A stretch of DNA of 32,000 nt, from NCBI RefSeq assembly GCF_000021865.1, contig NC_014034.1:1650001-1682000 (forward strand), read 5' to 3'. The notes under the pieces are model-generated. The model was not told where the DNA came from. It saw only the letters and a program-made list of their open reading frames with translations, and made no database searches. The position numbers and the translations under genes were made by a program. Of this stretch, positions 1 to 11,437 are shown piece by piece (within the stretch, counting starts at the first letter, position 1; every line of letters begins with the position of its first letter). Source of the stretch: Rhodobacter capsulatus SB 1003 (lineage in GTDB: Bacteria > Pseudomonadota > Alphaproteobacteria > Rhodobacterales > Rhodobacteraceae).

Positions 1-531
1 GAAGAAGCCATGTCGATCAGCATGAAGGAGCTGATCGAAAAGCACGGCGGCGGCGTCCGCGGCGGCTGGAAGAACCTGAAAGCGGTGATCCCCGGCGGCG
101 CCTCCTGCCCGGTCATTCCGGCGCATCTGTGCGAAGACGCGATCATGGATTACGACGGCATGCGCGAAAAGCAGTCGTCCTTCGGCACCGCCTGTCTGAT
201 CGTGATGGATCAGCAGACCGACATCATCAAGGCGATCGCGCGGCTGTCGAAATTCTTCAAGCACGAGAGCTGCGGCCAGTGCACGCCCTGCCGCGAGGGG
301 ACCTCGTGGATGTGGCGGGTGATGGAGCGACTGGTCACCGGCGAGGCCGAGGTCGAGGAGATCGACATGCTGTTTTCGGTGACGAAACAGGTCGAGGGCC
401 ACACGATCTGCGCCCTGGGCGATGCCGCCGCCTGGCCGATCCAGGGGCTGATCCGGCATTACCGCGAGGAGATCGAGGACCGGATCAAGGCGCGCAAGAC
501 CGGCCGCATGGGCGCGATGGCCGCGGAGTGA
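1..531 (+). CDS. nuoF: NADH-quinone oxidoreductase subunit F (51-kDa subunit), C-terminal part; the 5' end lies upstream of the window
   Basis: Frame 1 is open from base 1. The translation carries the N3 4Fe-4S cysteine motif [12 protein letters not shown] followed by [13 protein letters not shown] at 529-531. The rest of the nuo cluster follows. Confidence 0.93.
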   Translation, partial: EEAMSISMKELIEKHGGGVRGGWKNLKAVIPGGASCPVIPAHLCEDAIMDYDGMREKQSSFGTACLIVMDQQTDIIKAIARLSKFFKHESCGQCTPCREGTSWMWRVMERLVTGEAEVEEIDMLFSVTKQVEGHTICALGDAAAWPIQGLIRHYREEIEDRIKARKTGRMGAMAAE

Positions 532-537
532 TCTGAG

Positions 538-1014
538 ATGGCCACCGGGTCGGGCAGCTTTCACAGGATCACGACGGGGGGGACGGCGACGGTTGCGGCG
601 CTGGCCTGCGCCTGTCTGCCTGCGCTGGCCGAGGCGCCCGAGTACAGCCTGCGGGCCTCGGGCTACATTCCCGACCTGTCGCGGCATCTGCGCCTGTCCG
701 AGGGCGTGCGCGGCGCGCGGGTGGACTATTACGGTCAGGTGATGACCGGCGGCCAGCACTGCGAAAGAAATGCGCAGGGGCTGGAGGAATGCCTTTCCTG
801 GGACGGCTTCGCCTCGGCTTTCGAGGTCGAATACGAGGGCGTCACCGAAACCGACGAGCGCGCGCTCAAAAAGGGCGTGCTGCTGGTGGTCGATGTCGTC
901 TGCCCCTCGTCGCGGGCGATCTCGCGCGATCCGGCCGAGGTGCGGCGGCTGGCGGCGGGCGTCTATCGGCTGGATCTGGCCTGTCCGCGGGTCAACGAGA
1001 GGAAGGGCTACTGA
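538..1014 (+). CDS. Hypothetical exported protein (nuo-embedded URF); N-terminal signal peptide and four Cys in the mature part
   Basis: 158-aa ORF with strong GC3 bias. It starts 6 nt after the nuoF stop. The N-terminus TATVAALACACLPALA-EAPEY looks like a Sec signal with an ALA-E cleavage site. Its stop overlaps the next start (TGATG at 1012-1016). I recognise no family. Confidence 0.7.
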   Translation: MATGSGSFHRITTGGTATVAALACACLPALAEAPEYSLRASGYIPDLSRHLRLSEGVRGARVDYYGQVMTGGQHCERNAQGLEECLSWDGFASAFEVEYEGVTETDERALKKGVLLVVDVVCPSSRAISRDPAEVRRLAAGVYRLDLACPRVNERKGY

Positions 1015-1298
1015 TGCGGGCGCTGCTGCTTCCCCTTCTGATCGCGGGCTGCGCCGGTGCGGCGCCGCTGCCCGATGGCGGCGCCCGGGCGCCGCGTCTG
1101 GCTGCGGTTGCGGGCTATCAGGGCGCGTTCCTGCCCACGGGCGAGCTGGCCGTGCGCCGCACCGCCATGCCCTTCCGCATGGACGAGGGCGCCGAAGCGA
1201 AACGCGCGGCCAACGCGCTTTGCGGCGGCAAGGTCGTCTCGGGCGATCGTGACAATTTTATCGATGATGTTTGGGTCTTCCCCGGAGGCTGCGCATGA
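1014..1298 (+). CDS. Small putative lipoprotein (nuo-embedded URF, 94 aa)
   Basis: Internal ATG at 1014 of the 789..1298 ORF gives MRALLLPLLIAGCAG with lipobox LIAGC. GC3-rich. Coupled to the previous ORF (TGATG) and to the next one (ATGA at 1295-1298). Confidence 0.65.
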   Translation: MRALLLPLLIAGCAGAAPLPDGGARAPRLAAVAGYQGAFLPTGELAVRRTAMPFRMDEGAEAKRAANALCGGKVVSGDRDNFIDDVWVFPGGCA

Positions 1299-2068
1299 CG
1301 ACCGAAGCCAAGAAATCCGCCTGGAAATTCCGGTTCGAAGGCGAGGATGTCGCCGCCGACATCCGCACGAAATATGGCGCGGGCGGCGATCTGGTGGACA
1401 TCTATGCCGCGGCGAACGGCCGCGAGGTGCACAAGTGGCACCATTACCTGCCGATCTATGAGCGCTATTTCGAGAAGTTCCGCGGCAAGCCGGTGCGGAT
1501 GCTGGAAATCGGCACCTGGCGCGGCGGCTCTTTGGCGATGTGGCGCGACTATTTCGGGCCCGAGGCGGTGATCTTTGGCATCGACATCAATCCCCGCTGC
1601 AAGGACTACGACGGCGAGGCGGCGCAGGTGCGCATCGGCTCGCAGGCCGATCCGAAATTCCTGGCCGAGGTGATCGCGGAAATGGGCGGCGTCGACATCA
1701 TTCTGGATGACGGCAGCCATGTGATGAAACATGTCCGCGCCAGCCTGCGCATGCTGTTTCCGCAGCTCGCCGAGGGCGGCGTCTACATGATCGAGGACAT
1801 GCACACCGCCTATTGGAAGAAGTTCGGCGGCGGCATGGACACCTCGGACAACATCTTCAACTTCGTGCGCAAGCTGATCGACGACATGCACCGCTGGTAT
1901 CACGGCGGCAAGCCGCGGGTGCCGCTGTTCGGGCCGATGATCTCGGGCATCCATGTGCATGATTCCATCATCGTTCTGGAAAAGGGCCCGGTGCATCCGC
2001 CGGTGGCCTCGATCCGTGGCGGCCGCACCGCCGAAACGCCTGCCGAGACGGACGCCAGCGTCCGCTGA
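1295..2068 (+). CDS. Class I SAM-dependent methyltransferase (nuo-embedded URF)
   Basis: Rossmann-fold motifs are present: VRMLEIGTWRGGSLAMW (motif I), IFGIDIN (acidic loop) and IILDDGSH. The preferred start is ATG 1295 (MTTEAKK), overlapping the upstream stop as ATGA; the track start 1271 is a less likely extension. Confidence 0.85.
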   Translation: MTTEAKKSAWKFRFEGEDVAADIRTKYGAGGDLVDIYAAANGREVHKWHHYLPIYERYFEKFRGKPVRMLEIGTWRGGSLAMWRDYFGPEAVIFGIDINPRCKDYDGEAAQVRIGSQADPKFLAEVIAEMGGVDIILDDGSHVMKHVRASLRMLFPQLAEGGVYMIEDMHTAYWKKFGGGMDTSDNIFNFVRKLIDDMHRWYHGGKPRVPLFGPMISGIHVHDSIIVLEKGPVHPPVASIRGGRTAETPAETDASVR

Positions 2069-2125
2069 CCGGCCAAGACAACGACCCGGGCATCGCCCGC
2101 CACCGACTGCAAGTGGAGAAGAAGC

Positions 2126-4123
2126 GTGAGCACCCTGCGCAAGATCATCATCGACGGCATCGAGGTCGAGGTCGATCCCAGCCTGACCCTGATCCAGGCC
2201 TGCGAACAGGCGGGCATCGAAGTGCCGCGGTTCTGCTATCACGAGCGGCTGTCGATCGCGGGCAACTGCCGGATGTGTCTGGTCGAAGTGGTCGGCGGAC
2301 CGCCTAAGCCCACCGCCAGCTGCGCCATGCAGATCAAGGATCTGCGCCCCGGCCCGAATGGCGAGCCCTCGGTGATCAAGACCAATTCGCCGATGGTGAA
2401 GAAGGCGCGCGAAGGGGTGATGGAATTCCTCTTGATCAACCATCCGCTCGATTGCCCGATCTGCGATCAGGGCGGCGAATGCGATCTGCAGGATCAGGCG
2501 ATGGCCTATGGCGGCTCGGTCTCGCGCTTCCGCGAGGTCAAGCGCACCTCGGACAACCTGAACCTTGGCCCGCTGGTCAAGACCGAGATGACGCGCTGCA
2601 TTTCCTGCACCCGCTGCGTGCGCTTCACCACCGAAGTCGCGGGCATCACCCAGATGGGCCAGACCGGGCGGGGCGCCGACAGCGAGATCACCAGCTATCT
2701 GGACATGACGCTCGACAGCAACCTGCAGGGCAACATCATCGATCTGTGCCCGGTCGGCGCGCTGACCTCGAAACCCTATGCCTTCACCGCGCGTCCGTGG
2801 GAACTGGTGAAGACCGAAAGCATCGACGTGATGGATGCGCTCGGCTCGAACATCCGCATCGACGCCAAGGGGCGCGAGGTCAAACGCATCGTGCCGCGCA
2901 ACCATGACGGCGTGAACGAGGAATGGCTGTCCGACAAGGGCCGCTTCATCTGGGACGGCCTGCGCCGCCAACGCCTGGACACGCCTTACATTCGCGAGGC
3001 GGGCAAGCTGCGCAAGGCGAGCTGGTCCGAGGCGCTGACCGCCGCCGCCGCGGCGATGACCGGCAAGAAGGTTCTGGGGCTGATCGGCGATCTTTGCTCG
3101 ACCGAGGCCGCCTACAGTCTGAAGACCCTGATCGAGGCGCAGGGCGGGTCGGTCGAATGCCGCACCGACGGCGCGCGTCTGCCGATCGGCAACCGCTCGG
3201 CTTACGTCGGCAATGTCGCCATCCAGGATATTGACGACGCGAAGGAAATCATCCTGATCGGCACCGATCCGCGGACCGAGGCGCCGGTGCTGAACGCCCG
3301 CATCCGCAAGGCCTGGGCCAAGGGCGCCGTGGTCCGGCTCATCGGCCCGGCGGTCGATCTGACCTATGACTATGACCATGTCGGCACCGACCGCGCGGCT
3401 TTGGCCGGGCTGAAAGCGGGCAAGGACGCGATTGTCATCCTCGGTCAGGGCGCGATTTCCGAGGCCGATGGCGATGCGGTCATTGCCAATGCGATGTCGC
3501 TCTCGGGCCGTATGCTGATGCTGCACACGGCGGCCTCGCGCGTCGGCGCGATGGATGTGGGGGCGGTGACGAATGGCGGTCTCATCGCCGCGCTCGAGGG
3601 CGTGCAGGTGATCTACAACATGGGCGCCGACGAGGTGGAGATTGCCCCGCGCTCCGAAGGCGGGCCCATCGTGATCTATCAGGGCAGCCACGGCGACCGC
3701 GGGGCTTCGCGCGCCGACATCATCCTGCCGGGCGCGGCCTATACCGAGGAACACGGGCTTTTCGTCAACACCGAGGGGCGGCCGCAGCTGGCCTTCCGCG
3801 CCACCTTTGCCCCGGGCGAGGCCAAGGAAAACTGGGCGATCCTGCGCGCGCTTTCGGCCGAACTGGGGGCCACGCTGCCCTGGGACAGCCTCGGCGGGCT
3901 GCGTCAGTCGATGCTGGCGAAACATCCGCATCTGGGCGACATCGACCATCTGGCCGACAATGGCTGGACCGTGCCCGAGCGGCGCGACATGGGCAAGGCC
4001 AGCTTCCGCCTTGCGCTGGGGGATTACTACTTCACCAACCCGATCGCCCGGGCCTCGGTGGTGATGCCGGAATGTTCGGCGCAGGCCAAGGGGCGCAAAT
4101 CCCCGGCCGTGGCGGCGGAGTAA
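2126..4123 (+). CDS. nuoG: NADH-quinone oxidoreductase subunit G (75-kDa subunit)
   Basis: GTG start preceded by GGAGAAG. The N-terminal 2Fe-2S/4Fe-4S cysteine clusters are [37 protein letters not shown] and [10 protein letters not shown]...CPVGALT. 665 aa. Confidence 0.95.
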   Translation: MSTLRKIIIDGIEVEVDPSLTLIQACEQAGIEVPRFCYHERLSIAGNCRMCLVEVVGGPPKPTASCAMQIKDLRPGPNGEPSVIKTNSPMVKKAREGVMEFLLINHPLDCPICDQGGECDLQDQAMAYGGSVSRFREVKRTSDNLNLGPLVKTEMTRCISCTRCVRFTTEVAGITQMGQTGRGADSEITSYLDMTLDSNLQGNIIDLCPVGALTSKPYAFTARPWELVKTESIDVMDALGSNIRIDAKGREVKRIVPRNHDGVNEEWLSDKGRFIWDGLRRQRLDTPYIREAGKLRKASWSEALTAAAAAMTGKKVLGLIGDLCSTEAAYSLKTLIEAQGGSVECRTDGARLPIGNRSAYVGNVAIQDIDDAKEIILIGTDPRTEAPVLNARIRKAWAKGAVVRLIGPAVDLTYDYDHVGTDRAALAGLKAGKDAIVILGQGAISEADGDAVIANAMSLSGRMLMLHTAASRVGAMDVGAVTNGGLIAALEGVQVIYNMGADEVEIAPRSEGGPIVIYQGSHGDRGASRADIILPGAAYTEEHGLFVNTEGRPQLAFRATFAPGEAKENWAILRALSAELGATLPWDSLGGLRQSMLAKHPHLGDIDHLADNGWTVPERRDMGKASFRLALGDYYFTNPIARASVVMPECSAQAKGRKSPAVAAE

Positions 4124-4126
4124 ACC

Positions 4127-4534
4127 ATGACCCTGGCCCCGATCCTTCCCGTGGCGCTTCTGACCGGCCTTGCGGCCGGGCTGAGCGGCTGCGCCGAAGC
4201 CGGGGGCGGGGCGGTCTCGGGCGCGACGATCACCTATGAGGGGGTCGAGACGCATCTGCTCGATGACGATCTGGTGGGATTTCAGGTGGCGCTGTCGGGC
4301 ACCACCAGCAAGGCGGCGGTGACGGCTTATGCCGCCTGCGCCGCCGCACAATATGCGCAGATCCGCGGCTTCGGCTTTGCCCGGCATGTGCGCACCAACG
4401 TGACACGCTCGGGCGGCAGCCTGCAGGCGGATGCGGTTTACCTCATCTCGCCGGCGCTGCCGCGGGGCTTGCGCACGATCGATGCGGAAGTGACCGTCGC
4501 CGATTGCCACGAGCGCGGCATTCCGACGGTTTGA
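4127..4534 (+). CDS. Putative lipoprotein (nuo-embedded URF, 135 aa)
   Basis: ATG lies 3 nt after the nuoG stop. MTLAPILPVALLTGLAAGLSGCAEAGG carries lipobox LSGC. GC3-rich. No recognisable family. Confidence 0.7.
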   Translation: MTLAPILPVALLTGLAAGLSGCAEAGGGAVSGATITYEGVETHLLDDDLVGFQVALSGTTSKAAVTAYAACAAAQYAQIRGFGFARHVRTNVTRSGGSLQADAVYLISPALPRGLRTIDAEVTVADCHERGIPTV

Positions 4535-4567
4535 AACGAATGATGCAGGACGGATCCGAGGGACAAC

Positions 4568-5605
4568 ATGGCTGACTTCTGGGCAACATCACTTGGACAG
4601 ACCCTCATCCTGCTGGCGCAGGGTCTGGGCATCATCGCTTTCGTGATGATCGGCCTTTTGCTGCTGGTCTGGGGCGACCGCAAGATCTGGGCGGCGGTGC
4701 AGATGCGCAAGGGCCCGAACGTGGTGGGCGCCTTTGGCCTTTTGCAATCGGTGGCGGATGCCGCCAAATATGTGTTCAAGGAAATCGTCGTCCCCGCGGG
4801 CGTCGACAAGCCGGTCTATTTCCTGGCGCCGATGCTCAGCCTGGTGCTGGCGCTGCTCGCCTGGGTCGTCGTGCCCTTCAACGAGGGCTGGGTGATGGCC
4901 GACATCAACGTCGCCGTGCTGTTCGTCTTCGCGGTCTCCTCGCTCGAAGTTTACGGCGTGATCATGGGCGGCTGGGCCTCGAACTCGAAATATCCCTTCC
5001 TCGGCTCGCTGCGCTCTGCCGCGCAGATGATTTCCTATGAAGTCTCGATGGGCCTGATCATCGTCGGCGTGATCATCTCGACCGGCTCGATGAACCTTTC
5101 GGCGATCGTCGAGGCGCAGCGCGGCGATTTCGGCCTCTTGAACTGGTACTGGCTGCCGCATCTGCCGATGGTGGCGCTGTTCTTCATCTCGGCGCTGGCG
5201 GAAACCAACCGCCCGCCGTTTGACCTGCCGGAAGCGGAATCCGAACTGGTTGCGGGGTTCATGGTCGAATATTCCTCGACGCCTTACCTTCTGTTCATGG
5301 CGGGCGAATATATTGCCGTCTGGCTGATGTGCGCGCTGACCTCGGTGCTGTTCTTCGGCGGCTGGCTTTCGCCCATTCCCGGCGTGCCCGATGGCGTGCT
5401 CTGGATGGTCGCCAAGATGGCCGCGGTCTTCTTCGTCTTCGCGATGGTGAAGGCCATCGTGCCGCGCTACCGCTATGACCAGCTGATGCGGATCGGTTGG
5501 AAGGTGTTCCTGCCGCTCTCGCTCGCCTGGGTCGTGGTCGTGGCTTTCCTTGCCAAATTCGAAGTTCTGGGCGGCTTCTGGGCGCGCTGGAGCATAGGAG
5601 CATGA
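4568..5605 (+). CDS. nuoH: NADH-quinone oxidoreductase subunit H (ND1 homologue)
   Basis: 345-aa polytopic membrane protein with the conserved ND1/NuoH segment [20 protein letters not shown] and YRYDQLM. Confidence 0.95.
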   Translation: MADFWATSLGQTLILLAQGLGIIAFVMIGLLLLVWGDRKIWAAVQMRKGPNVVGAFGLLQSVADAAKYVFKEIVVPAGVDKPVYFLAPMLSLVLALLAWVVVPFNEGWVMADINVAVLFVFAVSSLEVYGVIMGGWASNSKYPFLGSLRSAAQMISYEVSMGLIIVGVIISTGSMNLSAIVEAQRGDFGLLNWYWLPHLPMVALFFISALAETNRPPFDLPEAESELVAGFMVEYSSTPYLLFMAGEYIAVWLMCALTSVLFFGGWLSPIPGVPDGVLWMVAKMAAVFFVFAMVKAIVPRYRYDQLMRIGWKVFLPLSLAWVVVVAFLAKFEVLGGFWARWSIGA

Positions 5606-5889
5606 ACGTGAAAGATCCGAACCGACCGACCCTTTCCGTCACGCTCGATGGCCGCGAGGTGAAACTTGTCCCGGTGATCATCGAGGGCTACCGGCTGGAG
5701 GTGGAGGGCAAGAACGTCACCTCGTTCCTGTCGAAGACGCCGCCGATCATGCGGGCGGTGGGGGCCCTTGAAGGGCGCGGAGATTTTGGCGTGGGCGATC
5801 TTGAAGTCGCCTCCGACACCCGGAAATGGACCGTTTCCGGCCCAGTCAAGCAAGACACCGGCAAGACCGATCCGGCGGAGAAGAACTGA
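5602..5889 (+). CDS. Hypothetical soluble 95-aa protein (nuo-embedded URF)
   Basis: Internal ATG 5602 of the 5497..5889 ORF overlaps the nuoH stop as ATGA, and its own stop overlaps the nuoI start (TGATG at 5887-5891). No signal peptide or TM segment. [22 protein letters not shown]... No family recognised. Confidence 0.6.
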   Translation: MNVKDPNRPTLSVTLDGREVKLVPVIIEGYRLEVEGKNVTSFLSKTPPIMRAVGALEGRGDFGVGDLEVASDTRKWTVSGPVKQDTGKTDPAEKN

Positions 5890-6380
5890 TGGCTTTCGAT
5901 TACGTTCGCGCAGCGAAATACTTCGTCCTGTGGGACTTCATCAAAGGCTTCGCGCTGGGGATGAAATATTTCGTGGCGCCCAAGCCCACGCTGAACTACC
6001 CGCATGAAAAGGGGCCGCTCTCGCCGCGCTTCCGCGGGGAACATGCGCTGCGCCGCTACCCCTCGGGCGAGGAACGCTGCATCGCCTGCAAGCTTTGCGA
6101 GGCGATCTGCCCGGCGCAGGCGATCACCATCGACGCCGAACCGCGCGACGATGGCTCGCGCCGCACCACCCGTTACGACATCGACATGACCAAGTGCATC
6201 TATTGCGGCTACTGCCAGGAGGCCTGCCCGGTCGATGCCATCGTCGAGGGGCCGAATTTCGAATACGCCACCGAGACGCGCGAGGAACTGTTCTACACCA
6301 AGGAAAAACTGCTGGAGAACGGCGCCCGCTGGGAAGCCGAAATCGCCCGCAACATCGAGATGGATGCACCCTACAGATGA
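5889..6380 (+). CDS. nuoI: NADH-quinone oxidoreductase subunit I (TYKY, 2x4Fe-4S)
   Basis: Start [12 protein letters not shown] at ATG 5889. Two ferredoxin motifs, [12 protein letters not shown] and [12 protein letters not shown]. 163 aa. Confidence 0.95.
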   Translation: MAFDYVRAAKYFVLWDFIKGFALGMKYFVAPKPTLNYPHEKGPLSPRFRGEHALRRYPSGEERCIACKLCEAICPAQAITIDAEPRDDGSRRTTRYDIDMTKCIYCGYCQEACPVDAIVEGPNFEYATETREELFYTKEKLLENGARWEAEIARNIEMDAPYR

Positions 6381-6783
6381 ACGCGGATTTTCAGAAGCTT
6401 TTCATGGCGATGATGGAGCAGGGGACAGAGATGGCCCGGATGTTCAACCCGGCTTTGGAAAGCTTCAACCCCAAGGCCTTCGAGAAGATGTTTCCGACCC
6501 TGCCGGCCGACATGCTGGAAATGTGGTTCGGCAAGACCTTCAACCGCGACGGGCTGGATGCGCGCACCCGGCTTCTGGTGACGCTGGCCGGTCAGGTGAC
6601 GCTGGGCGCGCAGGCCGAGGCGCCGATCCGGCTGACCATCCGCCACGCGCTTGAGGCCGGGGCAACCGAGCGGGAGATCGCCGAGGTGATCTTCCAGATG
6701 AGCATGTTCGGCGGCGTGCCCGCCATGACCAAGGCGCTGGAACTGGCGCGCGAGGTCTTCGACGAGAAATCGGGGGAAAACAC

Positions 6784-6787
<4 letters not shown>
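6377..6787 (+). CDS. Carboxymuconolactone decarboxylase (CMD/AhpD-fold) family protein, no cysteines (nuo-embedded URF)
   Basis: ATG 6377 overlaps the nuoI stop (ATGA). The 136-aa product has the CMD-like core [16 protein letters not shown]...[29 protein letters not shown]. Its stop overlaps the nuoJ start (ATGA at 6784-6787). Confidence 0.8.
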
Positions 6788-7744
<957 letters not shown>

Positions 7745-7748
7745 GGCC

Positions 7749-9887
7749 ATGACCACGATCATCCTGCTTGCGCCGCTTCTTGGCGCGCTGATCGGCGGCT
7801 TCGGCTGGCGGCTGATCACGGAAAAGGGGGCGCTTGTCGTCACCACCGGCCTTCTGTTCCTGTCCTGCATCCTGTCCTGGGTCGTCTTCCTGACGCTTCC
7901 GGCCGAGACGCAGCACATCCATCTGCTGGACTGGATCCGTTCGGGGGCGCTCGATACCTCCTGGGGGATCCGGCTTGACCGGCTGACCGCGATCATGCTG
8001 ATCGTCGTCACCACGGTCTCGGCGCTGGTGCATCTCTATTCCTGGGGCTACATGGCCCATGACGAGAACTGGACCCATCACGAGGCCTACAAGGCGCGGT
8101 TCTTCGCCTATCTGTCGTTCTTCACCTTTGCCATGCTGATGCTGGTGACGTCTGACAACCTGGTGCAGATGTTCTTCGGCTGGGAAGGGGTGGGGGTCGC
8201 TTCCTATCTGCTGATCGGCTTTTACTACAAGAAACCCTCGGCCAATGCCGCGGCGATCAAGGCCTTTGTCGTCAACCGCGTGGGTGATTTCGGTTTCGCG
8301 CTTGGCATCATGGGGCTTTTCTTCCTGACCGACAGCATCGACATGGATGTGATCTTTGCTTCGGCGCCGGAGCTGGCGAAGACCGAGCTGCATTTCCTCG
8401 CGTGGGAGTTCAACGCCGCGAACCTTCTCGCCGTGCTTCTGTTCATCGGCGCGATGGGGAAATCGGCGCAGCTTTTCCTGCACACCTGGCTGCCCGACGC
8501 GATGGAAGGCCCGACGCCGGTGTCCGCGCTCATTCACGCCGCGACGATGGTGACCGCGGGCGTCTTCCTTGTCTGCCGGATGTCGCCGCTCTTTGAATAT
8601 GCGCCGGAAGCCAAGATGATGGTCGTCTATGTCGGCGCCGTCACCGCGTTTTTCGCCGCGACCGTCGGTCTGGTGCAGAACGACATCAAGCGCGTGATCG
8701 CCTATTCGACCTGTTCGCAGCTGGGCTACATGTTCGTGGCCGCGGGCTCGGGCGTCTATTCGGTCGCGATGTTCCACCTGCTGACGCATGCCTTCTTCAA
8801 GGCGATGCTGTTCCTGGGTGCCGGTTCGGTGATCCATGCGATGCACCACGAACAGGACATGCGCAACTACGGTGGCCTGCGCAAGAAGATCCCCTTCACC
8901 TTCGCGATCATGATGATCGGCACGCTGGCCATCACCGGCGTCGGCATTCCGTTCTTCTCGATCGGCGGCGTGCCGGTGGGCTTTGCGGGCTATCTCTCGA
9001 AAGACGCGATCATCGAAAGCGCCTTTGCCAGCGGCAACGGTTTTGCCTTCTACGTGCTGGTGGCGGCGGCGGGAATGACCTCGTTCTATTCCTGGCGGCT
9101 GATCTTCCTCACCTTCTACGGCGAGGCGCGGGGCGATCATCACAAGCATGACCACGCCCATGAAAGCCCGGCCGTGATGCTGGCGCCGCTCGCGCTTCTT
9201 GCCGTGGGCTCCGTGCTGGCCGGGATGGTCTGGTATCACAGCTTCTTCGGCGACAAGGTGGCCAGCTTCTTCAACCTGCCCGCCGCGGCGCATGGCGAAG
9301 CGCATGGCACCGAACACGCGACCGAGGGCCATGTCCCCGAAGCCGCGATGACGGCCGAGGCGGCGCATGAAGCCGCCATGGCGGGCACGATGGCGATGGC
9401 CGAACCGGCCGCGGAACATGCCGTCGCGAAGGCCCCGCAGGGCGCGATCTTCATGGCCGAGACGAACCATGTGATCCACGATGCCCATGGCGTGCCCGAT
9501 TGGGTGAAACTCTCGCCCTTCGGCGCGATGGTCACCGGCTTCTTCTTCGCCTGGCTCTACTACATCGGCGACAAGCCGCTGCCGGGCCGGACGGCGCGGG
9601 CGCTGCCGGGGCTTTACCGCTTCCTGCTCAACAAATGGTATTTCGACGAGCTGTTCGACCTGCTCTTCGTGAACCCGGCGAAATCGCTTGGTCGCAAACT
9701 GTGGAAGGGCGGCGATGGCGCCGTCATCGACGGGGCGATCAACGGGCTCGCGCTTGGCTGGATCCCGTTCTTCACCCGCGTCGCGGGGCGGATCCAGTCG
9801 GGCTATCTCTTCCACTATGCGTTTGCGATGGTGCTGGGCATCGTTGCTCTGATGTTCTGGGTCGTGCGGACCGGGGGAATGAACTGA
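7749..9887 (+). CDS. nuoL: NADH-quinone oxidoreductase subunit L (ND5 homologue), 712 aa with a low-complexity insertion
   Basis: Antiporter-like subunit motifs are present ([50 protein letters not shown]). The C-terminal lateral-helix region is present. Confidence 0.95.
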   Translation: MTTIILLAPLLGALIGGFGWRLITEKGALVVTTGLLFLSCILSWVVFLTLPAETQHIHLLDWIRSGALDTSWGIRLDRLTAIMLIVVTTVSALVHLYSWGYMAHDENWTHHEAYKARFFAYLSFFTFAMLMLVTSDNLVQMFFGWEGVGVASYLLIGFYYKKPSANAAAIKAFVVNRVGDFGFALGIMGLFFLTDSIDMDVIFASAPELAKTELHFLAWEFNAANLLAVLLFIGAMGKSAQLFLHTWLPDAMEGPTPVSALIHAATMVTAGVFLVCRMSPLFEYAPEAKMMVVYVGAVTAFFAATVGLVQNDIKRVIAYSTCSQLGYMFVAAGSGVYSVAMFHLLTHAFFKAMLFLGAGSVIHAMHHEQDMRNYGGLRKKIPFTFAIMMIGTLAITGVGIPFFSIGGVPVGFAGYLSKDAIIESAFASGNGFAFYVLVAAAGMTSFYSWRLIFLTFYGEARGDHHKHDHAHESPAVMLAPLALLAVGSVLAGMVWYHSFFGDKVASFFNLPAAAHGEAHGTEHATEGHVPEAAMTAEAAHEAAMAGTMAMAEPAAEHAVAKAPQGAIFMAETNHVIHDAHGVPDWVKLSPFGAMVTGFFFAWLYYIGDKPLPGRTARALPGLYRFLLNKWYFDELFDLLFVNPAKSLGRKLWKGGDGAVIDGAINGLALGWIPFFTRVAGRIQSGYLFHYAFAMVLGIVALMFWVVRTGGMN

Positions 9888-11425
9888 TGCAAAACCTCCT
9901 CTCCATCATCACCTTCCTGCCGCTGGCCGCGGCGGCGGTGCTTGCCGTGGTCAGCCGCGGGTCAGGCCCGGCGGCCGATCGCAATGCGAAATGGGTGGCG
10001 CTGACCGCGACCGTGGTGACCTTCCTTGTGTCGCTTCTGCTGCTGGCGGGCTTCGATCCGGCCAATCCCGGCATGCAATTCGTCGAGGACCGGGCCTGGA
10101 TCATGGGCCTGCATTACAAGCTGGGCGTGGACGGCATCTCGATCCTTTTCGTGATGCTGACCACCTTCCTGATGCCGCTCACCATCGCCAGCGCCTGGCA
10201 TGTGGAAACGCGGGTCAAGGAATACATGATCGCTTTCCTTGTCCTGGAAGCGCTGATGATCGGCGTCTTCGTGGCGCTCGATCTGGTGCTCTTCTACCTC
10301 TTCTTCGAGGCGGGGCTCATTCCGATGTTCCTGATCATCGGGATCTGGGGCGGCAAGGAACGCATCTACGCGGCTTTCAAGTTCTTCCTTTACACCTTCC
10401 TCGGCTCGGTGCTGATGCTGGTGGCGATGGTGGCGATGTATATGATGGCGGGCACCACCGACATCGTGACGCTGATGAGCTTCGACTTCCCGCATGCGGA
10501 TCTGCCGTTCCTTGGCTGGTGGACGCTGACGGGCGGGGTGCAGACGCTGCTGTTCCTGGCCTTCTTCGCCTCGTTTGCGGTGAAGATGCCGATGTGGCCG
10601 GTGCACACCTGGTTGCCCGATGCCCACGTGCAGGCGCCCACCGCGGGCTCGGTCGTGCTGGCGGCGGTGCTTCTGAAGATGGGCGGCTACGGCTTCCTGC
10701 GCTTCTCGCTGCCGATGTTCCCGGTGGGGGCAGAGACGATGACCACCTTCGTCTTCATCCTGTCCGCCGTGGCCATCGTCTACACCTCGCTTGTGGCGCT
10801 GGCGCAGGAGGACATGAAGAAGCTGATCGCCTATTCCTCGGTCGCCCACATGGGCTATGTGACGATGGGGATTTTCGCGGCGAACCAGCAGGGCGTTGAC
10901 GGGGCGATCTTCCAGATGCTCAGCCACGGCTTCATCTCGGGGGCGCTGTTCCTTTGCGTCGGCGTGATCTATGACCGCATGCACACCCGCGAGATCGCCG
11001 CCTATGGCGGTCTGGTGAACCGGATGCCCGCTTACGCGCTGATCTTCATGTTCTTCACCATGGCGAACGTGGGCCTGCCGGGCACCAGCGGATTCGTCGG
11101 TGAATTCCTGACGCTGCTTGGCATCTTCCAGGTCAACACCTGGGTGGCGCTGTTTGCCACCTCGGGCGTGATCCTCTCGGCTGCCTATGCGCTCTGGCTT
11201 TACCGCCGCGTGGTCTTTGGCGAGCTGGTCAAGGAAAGCCTGAAGACGATTTCCGACATGACGACCCGCGAAAAGGCGATCTTCGCGCCGCTGGTCGCGA
11301 TGACGCTGCTTCTGGGCGTCTATCCCAGCCTTGTGACCGATCTGATCGGGCCTTCGGTGGCCCATCTTGTCCAGAATTACCACGCCGACCTCGGCACTCT
11401 CGCGCAAGCGACTGCGGGCAACTGA
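9887..11425 (+). CDS. nuoM: NADH-quinone oxidoreductase subunit M (ND4 homologue)
   Basis: True start [12 protein letters not shown] at ATG 9887, overlapping the nuoL stop (TGATG); the track ORF start at 9500 is an artefactual extension. Motifs [29 protein letters not shown]. Confidence 0.95.
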   Translation: MQNLLSIITFLPLAAAAVLAVVSRGSGPAADRNAKWVALTATVVTFLVSLLLLAGFDPANPGMQFVEDRAWIMGLHYKLGVDGISILFVMLTTFLMPLTIASAWHVETRVKEYMIAFLVLEALMIGVFVALDLVLFYLFFEAGLIPMFLIIGIWGGKERIYAAFKFFLYTFLGSVLMLVAMVAMYMMAGTTDIVTLMSFDFPHADLPFLGWWTLTGGVQTLLFLAFFASFAVKMPMWPVHTWLPDAHVQAPTAGSVVLAAVLLKMGGYGFLRFSLPMFPVGAETMTTFVFILSAVAIVYTSLVALAQEDMKKLIAYSSVAHMGYVTMGIFAANQQGVDGAIFQMLSHGFISGALFLCVGVIYDRMHTREIAAYGGLVNRMPAYALIFMFFTMANVGLPGTSGFVGEFLTLLGIFQVNTWVALFATSGVILSAAYALWLYRRVVFGELVKESLKTISDMTTREKAIFAPLVAMTLLLGVYPSLVTDLIGPSVAHLVQNYHADLGTLAQATAGN

Positions 11426-11437
11426 GGAGAAAGACCC

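Noticed and set aside
1118-4510. 1130-aa ORF on the - strand, antisense to the methyltransferase, nuoG and lipoprotein genes
   Set aside because: This is a typical shadow ORF of high-GC DNA. The product is Arg/Ala/Gly/His-rich low complexity with no motifs. The opposite strand encodes clearly recognisable NuoG with proper GC3 bias.
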